From NCBI GenBank assembly GCA_963833985.1, contig CAWIAD010000002.1, positions 5,632,001 to 5,696,000 on the forward strand: a stretch of DNA of 64,000 bases, in the 5' to 3' direction. The stretch is from an uncultured Planctomycetaceae bacterium (GTDB lineage Bacteria > Planctomycetota > Planctomycetia > Isosphaerales > Isosphaeraceae). Shown piece after piece: positions 8,658 to 18,951 of this stretch. Every line of letters begins with the position of its first letter. Position 1 is the stretch's first letter. The notes under the pieces were generated by a model. It did not search any database. It saw only the letters and a program-made list of their open reading frames with translations, and had not been told where the DNA came from. The translations under genes and the position numbers were made by a program.

Positions 8658-11426
8658 ATGCGCCTCCCGCCTCTCCCGCATTCCCTCCTCCTGCTGACCC
8701 TGACGCTACCCACCTTCGTTACTACGCTTCCCCATTCCAAAGCTTACGAGATTTCTCAACCGGCTGGCGGATGGACGATCCACGTGGCTCCTGACGGCAA
8801 TGATGGCTGGTCGGTGGCGCTGGCTCGTCCCAGCACCGATCGAAATGACGGTCCCGTCGCCACGCTCGCCGGAGCACGTGACCGGCTGCGTGCCCTGCGC
8901 CGCGAGCGTAAGATTCCGGACGGGCCGATCACGGTCTTGATTGCGAACGGCACGTACCCGGTGAGCGGTCCCGTGGTCTTCGAGCCGGCCGATGGCGGCA
9001 CGGCGGCAGCTCCCGTGACGTACCGGGCCGCACCGGGCGCCCGGCCCATCTTCGACGGCGGGCGAGCGATCACCGGGTTCTCGCGCCGGGCGGACGGCCT
9101 CTGGACCACCAGGGTTCCCGACATCGCGGGCAACCGGCTCCATTTCGAGCAGCTTTTCGTGAACGGCCGGCGCGCCACGCGTCGCGCACGCCCAACACGT
9201 TCTACCACTACATGCTGAAGCGGGTCGGCAGGGCCATTGACCCTGCCACCGGTCAGACCTCGGCAATGGAAAACCGCGCGTTCATCGGCAGGAAGGAAGA
9301 TCTCGAGCCGTTGCGCGGGCTCTCTGCCGAGCAGCTTCACGACGTGAACGTCGTCGTCTTCCACTCCTGGGAAATCTCGCGGCACCGGATTGCCTCCGTC
9401 GATCATCAGACCGGCCTGGTCATTCTTACCGGCCGTGCGCCCTGGCCTTTCTTCAACTGGGGGCCGAACCAGCGCTACAACTTTGAAAACATTCCCGGCA
9501 CCGTTGACGCACCTGGCGAATGGTTCCTCGATCGCCAGGGCACGCTCCTCTACAAGCCGCTGGCGGGCGAGGACCCGGCCAGCGCCTCGGTGGTCGCACC
9601 GCGGACCGACGCGTTTCTGGAGATCCAGGGGAAGGCCGATCCTGAAGCGGCCGTGGAGCACCTGTCGTTCCAGGGCCTGACGTTTCGCCACAGCCGTTAT
9701 CACCTTCCGGCGCAGGGCCATGCCGACGGCCAGGCGGCCGTATCCATCCCGGCCGTGATCATGGCCGACAACGCCCGGCACCTGGCGATCATCGATTGCC
9801 GGATCGAACACGTGGGAATCTACGGAGTCTGGTTCCGGCACGGCTGCACAGACTGTCGCATCGAGCACTCGGCCTTGACCGACCTGGGCGCCGGCGGCGT
9901 GCGCATCGGCGAGACGCGCATGCTCGCGAATGCGGCCGACCGGACCGGTCACATCACCGTGGACAACTGCATCATACGCGGTGGCGGCCAGATCTTCCCG
10001 GGATGCGTCGGGCTCTGGATCGGCCAGTCGAGCGACAACACGATCACCCACAACGACATCGCCGACCTCTTCTACACGGCCGTCTCCGTGGGCTGGACCT
10101 GGGGCTATTCCGCCTCGCAATGCCAGCAGAACATCATCGAATATAATCATCTTCACCACATTGGCCGGGGCGTGCTCAGCGACATGGGCGGCGTTTACAC
10201 GCTGGGCATCTCGCCAGGTACGAGCGTCAGCAACAACGTGATCCACGACGTGGACTCGTACAACAAGACCGGCGCTGGCGGCTGGGGGCTGTACAACGAC
10301 GAGGGCTCGACCGGGATCCGCCTGGAAAACAACCTCGTCTACAACACGACCACCGGCAGCTACCACCAGCATTACGGACGCGACAACATGGTCCGGAACA
10401 ACATCCTGGCGTTCAGCCGCCACGGCCAGATCATGCGCACTCGTGCTGAGGCTCATCTGTCGTTCACCCTCGAGCACAACATCATTTACTGGAGCGACGG
10501 TCCGCTCTTGACGGGCAACTGGTCGGGGAACAACTTCCGGCTTGATCACAACCTCTATTTCCTGGCAGGCGGCCAGCCTATCTCCTTCGCCGGCGCGAGC
10601 CTGGAAGAGTGGCAGAAGCGCACCGGGCAAGACGAGCACTCGCGAATCGCCGATCCGAAATTCGTCGCTGCCGACCACCGCGACTTCCGGCTGCGACCCG
10701 ATAGCCCGGCGGCCCAGGTCGGCTTCAAGCCGTTCGACTTCACGAAGGCGGGCGTTTATGGAGACGCGGCCTGGATCGAGGAGGCGCGTGCCTCGCTGCC
10801 GCCCACGGTCTTCGCACCCGATCCTCCTCCGCTTGCATTTCATGACGACTTCGAAAGCGCCCGCCATGAGCGCCGGGGGCGGGTACGTGCCGGAAGGCGC
10901 CACCGTGTCACACGAGGGCCGGCCCGAGCTGATCGCCGTTTCCGAAGTCGCGGCCTCCAGCGGCAAGCAGTGCCTCAAGTTCACTGATGTGTCGGGATTG
11001 CGGCACAATTTCGATCCACACCTCTACTTCCAGCCCGACTATCACGATGGGACGGCCGTCTGCAAGTTCGCCCTGCGGCTCGACCCGGACTCTGTTTTCA
11101 ACCACGAATGGCGCGACGCGGCCAGCCCCTATCGCGTGGGCCCGTCGATCTGGATTGAGAACGGCACGCTCAGGGCAGCGAACCGGAACCTGACGACGAT
11201 ACCCACCGGCGCATGGGTCCAGATCGAGGTCCGGGCCGACCTGGGAAAGAACGCGAACGGCACCTGGAGCCTGACCATCCGCCAGCCCGGGAAAGCCGAG
11301 GTCGTAGAAGCGACCCTGCCCTGCGACAGAACCTGGAAGTCGCTCGAGTGGCTGGGATTCTCGAGTCAGGCTATCCGGCCGACGGCGTTCTATCTCGACG
11401 ATCTCGAAGTGCATAACGTGCCATAG
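8658..11426 (+). CDS. Secreted right-handed parallel beta-helix protein (GH141-like polysaccharide-active enzyme), frameshifts ~9184 and ~10858
   Basis: Signal peptide; HVAPDGNDGWS, GPVATLAGARD, QLFVNGRRATRAR, FHSWE, LSDMGGVYTLG, GGWGLYNDEGS; three consecutive ORFs join seamlessly. Confidence 0.75.
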
Positions 11427-11508
11427 TCTCGAACCGCACCACGGAATGGGCTCGTGAGCATTGACCTTGGCCCGCAGTAAGCGCGGGCCAGCATAAAGGG
11501 CGGATTGG

Positions 11509-11603
11509 AACCACGAAGGATACGAAGACCACGAAGGAAGAAAAGTCTCGTCATCAAGGAGAGCCAGGCCGGTTTACCGGGTCGTGTTTCCGTTTCGTGG
11601 TTT
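11509..11603. repeat. Inverted AACCACGAA.../...TTCGTGGTT REP-like element between convergent genes
   Basis: aaccacgaaggatacgaagaccacgaa ... tcgtgtttccgtttcgtggtt; preceded by hairpin tggcccgc-N7-gcgggcca at 11468-11490. Confidence 0.4.
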
Positions 11604-11682
11604 CATGCTCCCCCCGGCGTCTCCGTTCTGCGTCCGTCGATGGTTCCTTTGTCCGCCGGAGCCGCTTGCTCGGTCTTGAACT

Positions 11683-13032
11683 TCAGAGCTGAGGCGTTCC
11701 CGGCACAACGCCGGCGCGGTGTGCCTCCAGCGCTTTCAAGAGCCGACTGGCGACTTCGGGGTGCTCGGCAGCCACGTTGAAGCGTTCCGAGGGGTCGACG
11801 GCAAGGTTGAAGAGCAGTGGGGGCGACTGTACCTGGAAAAACGTCCTGCCCGAGGCCGCCTCGAACGTCTTCACGTGCAGCTTCCAGGGGCCCTGGCGCA
11901 CGGCCACGACCTCGTTGTCGTAATAGTAGAAGAACTCCTGGCGCGTGCCTCCCCCCGAGCCGCGGAGGAGCGGTACCAGCGAATGGCTGTCGTAGGACCG
12001 ATCGGCGGCCAGCGTCCCGCCGGACAGCTCGACGGAGGTGGCGAAGAGGTCGAGCTCGCTGGCCAGGTCCTGAACCACCCGGCCGGGCGCGATGGTCCCC
12101 GGCCACAAGGCCAGGCATGGTACGCGCACGCCCCCTTCCCAGGTGGTGCCCTTTCCCTCTCGCAACAGCCCCGCCGACCCGCCGTCCAGGTGCTGCATCA
12201 ACCACGGGCCGTTATCGCTGGTGAAGATGACCAGGGTGGAACCGGCAAGTTGCTCCCGGCGCAGGGTGTCGAGAATCTGGCCCACGCTCGCGTCCAGCTC
12301 CTCGACCACGTCGCCGTACAGCCCGCGCGTGCTCTTGCCGCGAAACGTGTCACTGGCGTGCAAGGGAACGTGCGGGAAGGTGTAAGGAAGATAAAGGAAG
12401 AACGGATGGCCCTGCCGGGCCCCCGCGGCGTGCTCACGGATGAACCGCAGGGCTTCATCGGTGTATCGCTTCGTCAACGTATCCTGCATGGCCGGCTGCT
12501 CGATCACGGTCTCGTCGCGTAGCAACGGGGTGGGCGGCTCGCCCAGGTCGGCACGATCCATGTCGTTGCTGTAGGGAATGCCCAGGTAGTGGTCGAACCC
12601 ATGCCGCGTGGGCGCGAATCGCGGCAGATGCCCCAGATGCCACTTGCCAATGCAGATGTTCGCGTAGCCGCGCGGCTTGAGGGCGGCAGCCAGCGTGATC
12701 TCGCTGTCCGGGATTCCGCCCCTGGACCTTGGCCCGAGAACGCGGTTCAGTCCGCTGCGGACCGGCAAGCGGCCAAGCAGCAGCCCGGCGCGGCTGGGCG
12801 TGCAGTAACACGCGGCGTAAAACTGCGTGAACTTCATCCCCTCCGCGGCCATCCGGTCAAGGCTCGGCGTCCGGATCGTGGGATGCCCGTAACAGCCGAG
12901 GTCGCCATAGCCGAGATCGTCGGCCAGCAGGATGACGATATTTGGTGCCGGAGTCTCTGCGGCAACCGTCCAGCCGCTTGCCAGTCCGATGATCCAGATC
13001 AGTCCCAGCACCCGGCGAGTATTCTTCATCAT
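11683..13032 (-). CDS. Sulfatase (family S1, arylsulfatase A-like)
   Basis: PNIVILLADDLGYGDLG, CTPSR formylglycine motif, GKWHLG, TSDNGPW, WEGGVRVP. Confidence 0.95.
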   Translation of the reverse strand: MMKNTRRVLGLIWIIGLASGWTVAAETPAPNIVILLADDLGYGDLGCYGHPTIRTPSLDRMAAEGMKFTQFYAACYCTPSRAGLLLGRLPVRSGLNRVLGPRSRGGIPDSEITLAAALKPRGYANICIGKWHLGHLPRFAPTRHGFDHYLGIPYSNDMDRADLGEPPTPLLRDETVIEQPAMQDTLTKRYTDEALRFIREHAAGARQGHPFFLYLPYTFPHVPLHASDTFRGKSTRGLYGDVVEELDASVGQILDTLRREQLAGSTLVIFTSDNGPWLMQHLDGGSAGLLREGKGTTWEGGVRVPCLALWPGTIAPGRVVQDLASELDLFATSVELSGGTLAADRSYDSHSLVPLLRGSGGGTRQEFFYYYDNEVVAVRQGPWKLHVKTFEAASGRTFFQVQSPPLLFNLAVDPSERFNVAAEHPEVASRLLKALEAHRAGVVPGTPQL

Positions 13033-13300
13033 GTTTCCATCAGTGAGCAAGGAGGATGAGATGAGACCAGGTAAATGAGCCCTCGGCCGGGAAGTCCGCT
13101 CGCAGTGGCTGCCGGGTCGACTGCATTCTGACCAGCGCTGGCGTTTTTTTCACGGATTTTCTTGCAAGGACCGATCTTCTCTGCATATCCTATCGAGACG
13201 GCAATATGCCGACCCTTTCGTCTCGCGGCAAGTCCACACGGAATGTCCAGCTTTTCAGCCTCTGGTGAGATCGGTCCTTTCATCCGGCGTGCGAGGTGTG

Positions 13301-13750
13301 ATGAGGTTCAGAGGGTTGCGAGCGCTGTTCCGGGCGGGGATCGGAGCTGTGATGATGCTCCTTTTCCTCGGTTCCCTTGCGCTCCAGCCGGCCCGCGCAA
13401 GCTGCGGTGCTCTCTCCCATGCCACGGCTCCCGGTCGCCGCGTGACACTCGGCCTCGATGCACTCATCACCGGCTGGAACGCACAGTCGCTCAGCAACGA
13501 GAACCCGTCTCATCCCTCGCCCCGGCCGACACGGCCCTTGCCCTGCTCCGGACCGTTATGCTCGGGACGTGTTCCACTGCCGGTCGCACCCGGCGTGGCG
13601 AGGGCCGTCGTTCTGGTGGAGTGGGCGCTGCTCACGGCAGCGGTTGACACGCCCTCTGCGCCGGGCAGGATTCAATGGGCCAATGAAGTCCTGTTCGACT
13701 GCGCCGGCAATCCCTCCCGCGTCTTTCATCCTCCCCGCGCTTCTGCCTGA
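13301..13750 (+). CDS. Secreted-type small protein with Cys motif and C-terminal FHPPR (DUF2946/CutF-like leader candidate)
   Basis: Hydrophobic signal ending ARA-SC, PCSGPLCS, terminal VFHPPRASA; GAGGTG RBS. Confidence 0.6.
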   Translation: MRFRGLRALFRAGIGAVMMLLFLGSLALQPARASCGALSHATAPGRRVTLGLDALITGWNAQSLSNENPSHPSPRPTRPLPCSGPLCSGRVPLPVAPGVARAVVLVEWALLTAAVDTPSAPGRIQWANEVLFDCAGNPSRVFHPPRASA

Positions 13751-13935
13751 TTCGATTCGACAGCCTCTTTCCTGCACAGCCTCCGTGGGCCAGGAGACAG
13801 CTCTCCCAGGGATCATCAGAGACTTCCCTGGAACTTTCTCTACTGCCCTGCTGCATTTCCCGCTCGCAGGATGAGGCCGCGCAACACCCCAGGCAATCGC
13901 GTCTCCGTATCGAACCGAACACGGGAGGATGAATC

Positions 13936-14064
13936 ATGTTCAAGAACGCAAGGTACGATGGGTTTACACTTTCGCGGGCGCGCCAGGATGATCGCTTCGC
14001 TGCCGCCGGTACGCTGGGTGTCCTGGCCGCGGGGCTCATGTCACTGCTCGTGCTGATCATGTGA
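13936..14064 (+). CDS. Small membrane peptide (42 aa), not in ORF track
   Basis: GGGAGG RBS; MFKNARYDGFTLSRARQDDRFAAAGTLGVLAAGLMSLLVLIM with C-terminal hydrophobic helix. Confidence 0.5.
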   Translation: MFKNARYDGFTLSRARQDDRFAAAGTLGVLAAGLMSLLVLIM

Positions 14065-14330
14065 AGGCCTTATCTCACCGCGTACGACCATGTCATTGCG
14101 GTGCAGCACGGTGCGTCTGACCGCGGCGCAACCCGACCCGGATGCCTGCCGCGCCGGGCCGCTCGCTGGTTGTTCGTAATCCAGAGGAGCGCCCGGCGGG
14201 TGACGCATGCGGCTGCGCCCCGATGCGCCCCTGACCTACTCTATTTTCACCCAGGCTAGCTGGGCGCGTGCAGTGCTTCGCCGCGAACCGGCCGCCATCT
14301 TGCCCGCACATCATTCGAGGAGTCCGATTC

Positions 14331-15426
14331 ATGGTCAGAACACAAGAAAGAGACTCGGCATTCACCTTGATCGAGTTGCTCGTCGTCATCGCCATCATTG
14401 CCGTGCTCATCTCCTTGCTCTTGCCCGCCGTCCAGTCCGCCCGTGAGGCGGCCCGGCGATCACAGTGCGTGAATAACTTGAAACAGATCGGGCTTGCCCT
14501 CCAGAATTATGAGTCGTCCTGTAATGCGCTTTCCCTTTGGCAAGGGAGGAGATTACATGTCGGTCCTGCCCATGGCTCCGGTCTACGCCCGCTGGTCCAC
14601 GCACAGCCAGCTTCTGGGCTTCATGGACCAGATTCCGCTCTACAATGCGATCAACTTCAACCTGCCGCCCGAGACACCGGACGCCGGCGCGATGGGCATG
14701 GCCATGGGCATGAGCATGGGGATGACGGCCTACCAGGACCCCAACCGTGAGAACGCGACGGTTTCCCGCGTGGTGGTCAGTACGTTCCTCTGCCCCTCGG
14801 ATTCCGCCGGACCAAACAGCGCCTGGCCGGGGGCCAACAATTACGTGGGCAACGAGGGGAACTGGCTGTGTGACGCTTGTGAGCAGTATCCTCCCATGGT
14901 TGGCTACATGGGGTTGCCGCGCGGCCCGTTTTACAATCGCAGCAGCGTCCGGTTCTCCAGCCTGACCGACGGGCTCAGCAATACGGCCTTCTTCAGCGAG
15001 AAGAAACGAGGAAAGGGTACGTATGACCCATTACGCGATATGTTCGTCATTGGCAGCACCATGAACATCGATGACACGTTCCAGCAATGCAATGCGGTCA
15101 ATCCCTCCAGCGGAATGGCGTCGGTCATCTCGAGTTGGATGGGTGCGGCCTGGGTGGTCGGCGACATGACCTGCACCACGTACAATCATGTCGGCGGGCC
15201 GAACAGCTTCACCTGTGCCACGATGGGTGGAATGCAGATGGCAGGCCCCATGGCCATGGTGAATATGTCCGTGGAGATTCCTCCTTCGAGCGACCATCCC
15301 GGCGGAGTGAACCTGCTGTTCGGCGACGGCTCCGTGCATTACCTGAAGAGCAGCGTCAACCTGGGCGTCTGGCGGGCCCTTGGCACACGCAACGGGGCCG
15401 AGGTGATCAGCGCATCGGATTTCTGA
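14331..15426 (+). CDS. DUF1559 prepilin-type N-terminal cleavage protein, Met-rich (frameshift ~14531)
   Basis: [71 protein letters not shown] (H-X9-DG). Confidence 0.9.
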
Positions 15427-15455
15427 GCTCACGATTGCCAGGCTGAGAGATTTTC

Positions 15456-16876
15456 ATGACCACGCCTTCACGCAACACCGAGATTCCCGGCCATGAGCCC
15501 GGGCTGGCCCGGGAGCTTGGCCTTGCCACGGCCACCGCGCTTGTGGTCGCCGAGGTGATCGGCGTGGGGATCTTCCTGACGACCGCCGGCATGGTGAAGT
15601 CGCTGGGCTCGCCGTTCTGGCTGCTGGCGGTCTGGCTGACGACGGGTGCGGCAGCCACGGGAGGCGCTATCTGCTTCGGCGCTCTGGCGGCGCGGTATCC
15701 GGAGGCGGGCGGTCCGTACGTGTACTTGAAAGCAGCCTACGGCCGGCGCACGGCCTTCCTCTTCGGCTGGCTGTCCATGCTCGTCACCGATCCCGGCATC
15801 ACGGCTGCCGTCGCCATCGGCCTGGCGCAGTATATCAGCTACCTGGTCCCCCTATCCCCCTGGGGCTTGAAAGGGGTTGCCATCGGCTCCATCTGGGTGC
15901 TGGCGGCGGTGAATGTTCGCGGCGTCCGGTTCAGTTCCGGGGCCGTCCGGGGCCTTGCGGCCCTCAAGCTCGGCGTGCTCGGCTTCCTCGTGCTCTGGGG
16001 CCTGGGGCTGGGCCGGGGCGACTGGTCCAACCTCTTTCCCCTGGTACGCCAGCGCCCGGGATCGGAACCGCTGGGGCTGGCCCTGATCGGCGGCATGATC
16101 GCGGCCTTCTTTTCGATGGGCGGCTGGTGGGATGTGAGCAAGCTGGCCGGCGAGGTCCGCGACCCGAAGCGGAACCTGCCCAGGGCCCTGCTCCTGGGCG
16201 TCTTGCTTGTCACGTTCGTTTACATGCTGATCACATTCGTATTTCTTTACCTGGTACCTGCCGAGCACATCAGTTCCCGGGAAACCTTTGCCGCCCTGGC
16301 CGGAGAAGCCCTCTTCGGCGCGCGGGCGGCGTGATCCTGGCACTGATCGTCATCGTCACCGTGCTGGCCAGCCTGACCGCACTCCTCATGGCGATGCCCC
16401 GAGTCTATTTCGCCATGGCGCGGGATGGCCTGTTCTTCCGGTCCGCGGCCACGCTCCATCCGCGCTTTCGCACGCCGGCGCGCGCCATCCTGATCCAGGC
16501 CGGCCTGGCCAGCCTGCTCGCAGCCCTGGGCACGTTCGAGCAGATCCTCGCCTACTTCACCATACCCACGGTGCTCTTCGTGGGGCTCTCGGTCGCGGCC
16601 GTCTTCGTGCTCAACCACGCAGCCAGATGCCACGGCGAGACCGCCATCGTGCCCTGGCATCCGCTCCCTCCCCTGCTCTTCCTGGTTCCGAACTCGATCC
16701 TCCTTGGGCTCATGGCCCTGAACCAACCCGGGCAGGCGGGGGTTGGACTGGCCGTCGTGGCCCTGGGAATTCCTGTGTATCACGGCCTTTTCTCGGAGCG
16801 TTCCTCCCTTCAAGCAGACGGCGCCCTACCGGGCCCGGGGGAGAATTTGTCCCCATCGACCATCGGCGAATCGTGA
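15456..16876 (+). CDS. APC family amino acid permease (frameshift ~16318)
   Basis: IGVGIF, YPEAGGPYVYL, GEVRDPKRNLPRA, PRVYFAMARDGLF, HPRFRTP; many TM helices. Confidence 0.9.
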
Positions 16877-16948
16877 CGATCTGAAACCGATACCGGGCGC
16901 CCTTCCGTGCCACGTTCCTGACCATCCTTCCTCGGGAGATGCAGAGTT

Positions 16949-17515
16949 ATGCCATGGATTCGCACGCTTTCACTGGATGATGCCGACGCCAAGGTCCTGG
17001 AGGCAATGGCCAGGCAGCGCTCGCTCTATCCGCCCGAATACGCACAGCCGGTCCAGGAGCTCGACCAGGGCCTGCCCGGAATCGTGGCCTCGCACACCTT
17101 GATTCCCGACGCCCTCCATCACGCGTTCTCCACCTTCGGCGCACTCATGTCGCCCGAGCTGCCCCTTCAGCGCCGGCAGCACGAGATGATCGCCACCATG
17201 GTCTCCCTGACCAACGCCTGCCATTACTGAATTGTCTCGCACGCAGAGTTTCTGCGTCGGGTCACCCTCGATGACGCTCTCGTCGAGGCGCTGAAGGCGG
17301 ACTACAAGACGGCCCCCATCACCGGGGCCGAGCGCGTCATGATTGACTACGTCGTCCAGCTTACGAAGGATGCGACGAAGATCTCTCCGCTCGACCACGA
17401 GCGACTTGCTGCCGCCGGCTTCGACGACCGCGCCAGGTTGCAGATCACGCTCATCGCATCGTGGTTCAACTACATCAACCGGGTGGCCGATGCGCTGGGC
17501 ATCGGCCGGGATTAA
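16949..17515 (+). CDS. AhpD/carboxymuconolactone decarboxylase-like peroxidase-related selenoprotein (188 aa, Sec at codon 94)
   Basis: [22 protein letters not shown] gives CxxU; frame stays open to TAA 17513 with family-like [29 protein letters not shown]; hairpin directly after TGA. Confidence 0.85.
17241..17257 (+). promoter_or_regulatory. Putative bacterial SECIS hairpin
   Basis: ACGCAGA-GTT-TCTGCGT perfect 7-bp stem, loop starting with G 17 nt after the UGA (17228-17230). Confidence 0.7.
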
Positions 17516-17666
17516 GGTGCCGACAACCGGAATACCCTGACGGGACCTCCCTTCCAGAGCCGCAGCCACACCAGCACGGTCGGCCGCCTGACCAGGTTGA
17601 ACCCGCCCTGTCCCGCAGTAGAGGCACGCACCAGGTATTCAGGGTCGTAGCGTCCAAGGACAACGA

Positions 17667-18101
17667 TCAGCCTCCGCCCTGGATCGCGCGCCGCAGCGCG
17701 GCGGATTCGTAGGCGGCGATGTCGAGAGTCCCTTCGGGCCAGTCCGGGTCCGGGGTTCTGTGGAGCTTTTCGGCGAACCGAATCGCGTCATCACGATGAC
17801 GTGCGGGGCCCGCGGGCCATGTCTCGGCTGCGTGCACGCGAAACCGCTCACGAAAACGATCCACGCCAAGCATTCGCAGCGTGGCCGGCAAGCACTTGCC
17901 CACGGCGCGGCAACGCTTGTTCACGAGAGCCAGGGCGTAGTGCTCGAGCTGGCCGGCAGGGATCGCCATCACGGCACGCGCAGCCTGATCGCTCAGGCCC
18001 TCTGCCTGGATCAGATTCTCGGCTTCCGTCTGGAGTCGCATTCGCGTCTGCGGGCAAGTGAGAGCCCGGGTCAGAAGCTGCTGAACGTCGGCGAGGGCCA
18101 C
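17667..18101 (-). CDS. Putative MNIO partner protein (DUF692-associated)
   Basis: Overlaps the DUF692 stop region; LEHYALALVNKR..LPATLRMLG..FRERF..RDDAIRF resembles the small helical proteins that follow DUF692. Confidence 0.65.
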   Translation of the reverse strand: MALADVQQLLTRALTCPQTRMRLQTEAENLIQAEGLSDQAARAVMAIPAGQLEHYALALVNKRCRAVGKCLPATLRMLGVDRFRERFRVHAAETWPAGPARHRDDAIRFAEKLHRTPDPDWPEGTLDIAAYESAALRRAIQGGG

Positions 18102-18925
18102 CGGCCGTACCTCCTCCCCAATATCCGTGCCCGCTCGAGCTCGTCGAGCAGCGACTCGAACGGCGGCAGGTTCTCGTCACGTTCCAGAATCGCTCCGCGA
18201 ACCGGGGCTCGCTCCAGGACGAACTCCATCAGCTCCCACACCTCCTCGGGCGTGGGCCGTGAGTGGCTGTCGATCAGCATGCCCTGCTCCCAGTGCCCTC
18301 CGACGAAGTGACACTGCACGACCCGATCCAGCGGTAGCCGACCCAGCAGCTCGAACGGGTCGCCCCGATGATTGACGGCGTTGGTATACAGGTTCGTCAG
18401 GTCCAGGAGCAAGCCGCACCCCGTTTGCTCGGTGAGCTCGGCCAGAAATTCACCCTCGTCCATCTCTGAGCCAGGCAAGTGGAAATCACAGGTGATGTTC
18501 TCCAAAATCAGCGGGGTCTCCAGCAGCTCTTGCACTTCCGCGATGTTGGCTGACAGAACGTCGATGGCCTCACGTGAAAAGGGCATGGGGGCGAGGTGGC
18601 TAAGCTCGATGCCGCCGGCCCGCGTGAAGGCGACGTGCTCGCTCCACCAGGGCGGGTTGATCCGCCGCACCAGAGCGACGATCTGGTCGCGATAGCAATG
18701 GTCCAGACCTGAGGCGCTGCCGAGCGACAGGCTCAGACCATGAGGGATGAGCGTGTAGTGGTCGGCAAGCATCTCCAGCTCCTGGAGCTTGGCGGCCGGG
18801 ACATCGAGGTAGTGATCAGCCGTGATCTCGAGAAAGTCAATTCGGTCCCTGTGCAACAGGACGTCGGACCGAAACGGCTCGCGGAATCCAAGCCCCACGC
18901 CGAGCGCCGGCAATCCGCTGAACAT
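18071..18925 (-). CDS. DUF692 multinuclear non-heme iron oxidase (MNIO; MbnB/TglH/ChrH family)
   Basis: LGVGLGFR, DFLEITADHY, PHGLSLSLG, WWSEH, LILENI, LLLDLTNLY, CHFVGGH, IDSH, ILERDENLP. Confidence 0.95.
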   Translation of the reverse strand: MFSGLPALGVGLGFREPFRSDVLLHRDRIDFLEITADHYLDVPAAKLQELEMLADHYTLIPHGLSLSLGSASGLDHCYRDQIVALVRRINPPWWSEHVAFTRAGGIELSHLAPMPFSREAIDVLSANIAEVQELLETPLILENITCDFHLPGSEMDEGEFLAELTEQTGCGLLLDLTNLYTNAVNHRGDPFELLGRLPLDRVVQCHFVGGHWEQGMLIDSHSRPTPEEVWELMEFVLERAPVRGAILERDENLPPFESLLDELERARILGRRYGRWPSPTFSSF

Positions 18926-18951
18926 GGTGCGTCACCCTCCTTTCGCCGCAT

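Noticed and set aside
5713..11008. Long minus-strand ORFs (705 aa, 750 aa)
   Set aside because: Antisense to well-supported BlaI/M56 and beta-helix genes; typical high-GC shadow ORFs
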